A DNA stretch of 64,000 bases from Macrostomum hystrix. Its lineage: Eukaryota; Animalia; Platyhelminthes. The DNA lies in contig CATNEN010000038.1 of NCBI GenBank assembly GCA_950097015.1, positions 15,810,001 through 15,874,000 of the forward strand. Reading direction: 5' to 3'. The translations under genes and the position numbers were made by a program. Shown here one piece after another: positions 62,349 through 64,000 of this stretch. The first letter of the stretch is position 1; every line of letters starts with the position of its first letter. The notes below the pieces were generated by a model. The model had not been told where the DNA came from. It did no database searches and was given only the letters and a program-made list of their open reading frames with translations.

Positions 62349-64000
62349 TCACCCGCGCCGACTCGCCATAATCTGGCGGATCCAGTCCACGTAGGCGCTG
62401 ATGCGCATGAAATTAGCCGGATAGAGCTCCGGATTGGCCCCGGCTGCTGCGGATGAAGCGATGCCAGCCAGGTAAGGCACGCCCTTGTACTCGCAGCGAA
62501 GGCCACCGCCGCTGTCACCCTGCAAATTATATTGGCTATTAGAAATTTAACTTAAATATATATAGTGCCTCAGATGAAAAAGGGTTAGAATATTGCACTT
62601 CCCGGTCAAATTGGTCCTTGGTTTTGCCGTCGCTTGAGATATTCTATGACCAAATCTGCTGATTTTGTTTCACTCAATTTAATCCTGGGGGCACCTATTT
62701 CGCGCATGTATTTGAAAATCGCATTATTTTGTAAGTCGCAAGCATGCGTGATTCTGACAGTATAGCGCCAGCTTTATAACTGCTGATGGAGAATAAGCGA
62801 GGCGTGAGCATGCTGAATGGCTCCTAGGCCTTCCAGCTGAATGTCATTCGATTTACGTTGGATGCATCGCTCGCTGAAGATCCTATTTTATAAGTCCCTG
62901 CTCGCATACCAAAGTACTCGTAAAACAGAGGACTACTTAGGTTAGGAATTCATCGAGGAGAACTGTATTTGATAATATTGTTCCTTATTATGTTACCATT
63001 CCAGTTTTTTCATGAGTTGCAATCAATTGATCAGTGCTCCGCTTCTTTTAAACAAGCGATTTTAATCAAGGAATGTCACAATGCAGCGGGGGGTAGGTGG
63101 CAGAGCGGTAGACGCGTTTACCTCACGCACTAATGTCCCTAAGCTCGAATCCGCAACGAGGCCACAATAATTTGGGGCGGAGAGAGGGCTTTGGGGCTTT
63201 TCGTGAAATTTACGACCTTGAGGGCCAACCTCTAAGGTATAGTAACACTACCTGACGATGAGAAAATCAGGCCTGCATACAGTATATCTGTGTGTGTGTG
63301 CTCAGGAGTCAGCGAAATGGACAGAATCGAATCCTCGCTGGCTACTCATTTCGAGTCACCAAACAATTATTAGCAAAGCTGCAATTGCAACGCGTCGAAA
63401 TTTTACTAAGCAGAAATTTCACAACGTCGAGCGACACTCTTTCTTAAGATCGAAATTTCGAAACGTCGAAATTACTCGACGTCGAAATTTATTATTGTCG
63501 AAAATTTTATCCAGCCATTTCACAACACAAAAAAATTTTAATGCTGTTATTCTTAACAATGCCGAATTATCGTAGGCCTTAAATATAACACTAATGGGTA
63601 GCATTTGTATGAGTTATTTATCTGACATAACATGGCATGATGAGTGCTAACTGCTTTCCTGCAACGGAAGTTTCGGATCTGAATTCGGAGTTATGAAATT
63701 TCAACGTTAGGATATTTCGGGTTTTTGAAGTTTCCTTGATTAAAAGTAAAAGTACCTCTCGCGGTACAGTTTTTATGGCTGTCTTTAGGTGCGCCAATTT
63801 TTGATGCATCATAACTCACCGGACAAACGGTTGTCCTGTTGGCCTGAACGCACAGGTTTTTGTGCCACAACAGCGGATCACCATCGCGGTAGGTGCTGGT
63901 ACACAGGCTCAGCGGCTTCACCGTGAAGTTGGCCATCAGGAGTTTCTCGCGAACTCCGCCGCTAGGCCGGGTGCAGCCCCAGCCGGAGTAGAAGCAGAGC
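62349..64000 (-). CDS. Chymotrypsin-family (S1) serine protease, last two exons; 5' part lies outside the window
   Basis: Exon >64000-63820 encodes CFYSGWGCT...LCVQANRTTVCP. Exon 62519-62349 encodes GDSGGGLRC...LAGIAS...FMRISAYVDWIRQIM. The phase-0 GT-AG junction rebuilds CPGDSGG with the catalytic Ser. Confidence 0.88.
63088..63232 (+). mobile_element. tRNA-derived SINE in the protease intron
   Basis: A-box GGTGGCAGAGCGGTA and B-box-like AGCTCGAATCC; the body is shared with 9305-9450. Confidence 0.6.

Overview
Eukaryotic, intron-rich and minisatellite-rich DNA. The style (poly-Q exons, tandem arrays in most large introns, tRNA-derived SINEs) suggests an invertebrate, possibly a free-living flatworm such as Macrostomum; this is inference only. 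I assembled five spliced genes by hand using GT-AG sites and phase continuity. (1) Minus strand, 5 exons, about 701 aa: an N-terminal DUF2064/TIGR04282-like domain fused to a C-terminal TIGR04283-like GT2 domain. In bacteria these two families sit with the ArsS/ArsM arsenosugar genes, and this is the most interesting feature of the window. (2) Plus strand, 12 exons, about 1034 aa: a TM-SMP-C2 protein of the C2CD2/TMEM24 type. (3) Plus strand, about 234 aa, ending in an SVBP (small vasohibin-binding protein)-like motif. (4) Minus strand, about 164 aa: a secreted Cys-containing, Arg/Gly-rich precursor. (5) The 3' part of an S1 serine protease. There is also a full-length, very young Bel/Pao LTR retrotransposon (304-bp LTRs with 1 mismatch, 5-bp TSD, tRNA-iMet PBS) inserted in a 30-bp minisatellite, about 20 tandem arrays and several SINE copies. 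All family assignments come from motif recognition, not database searches.
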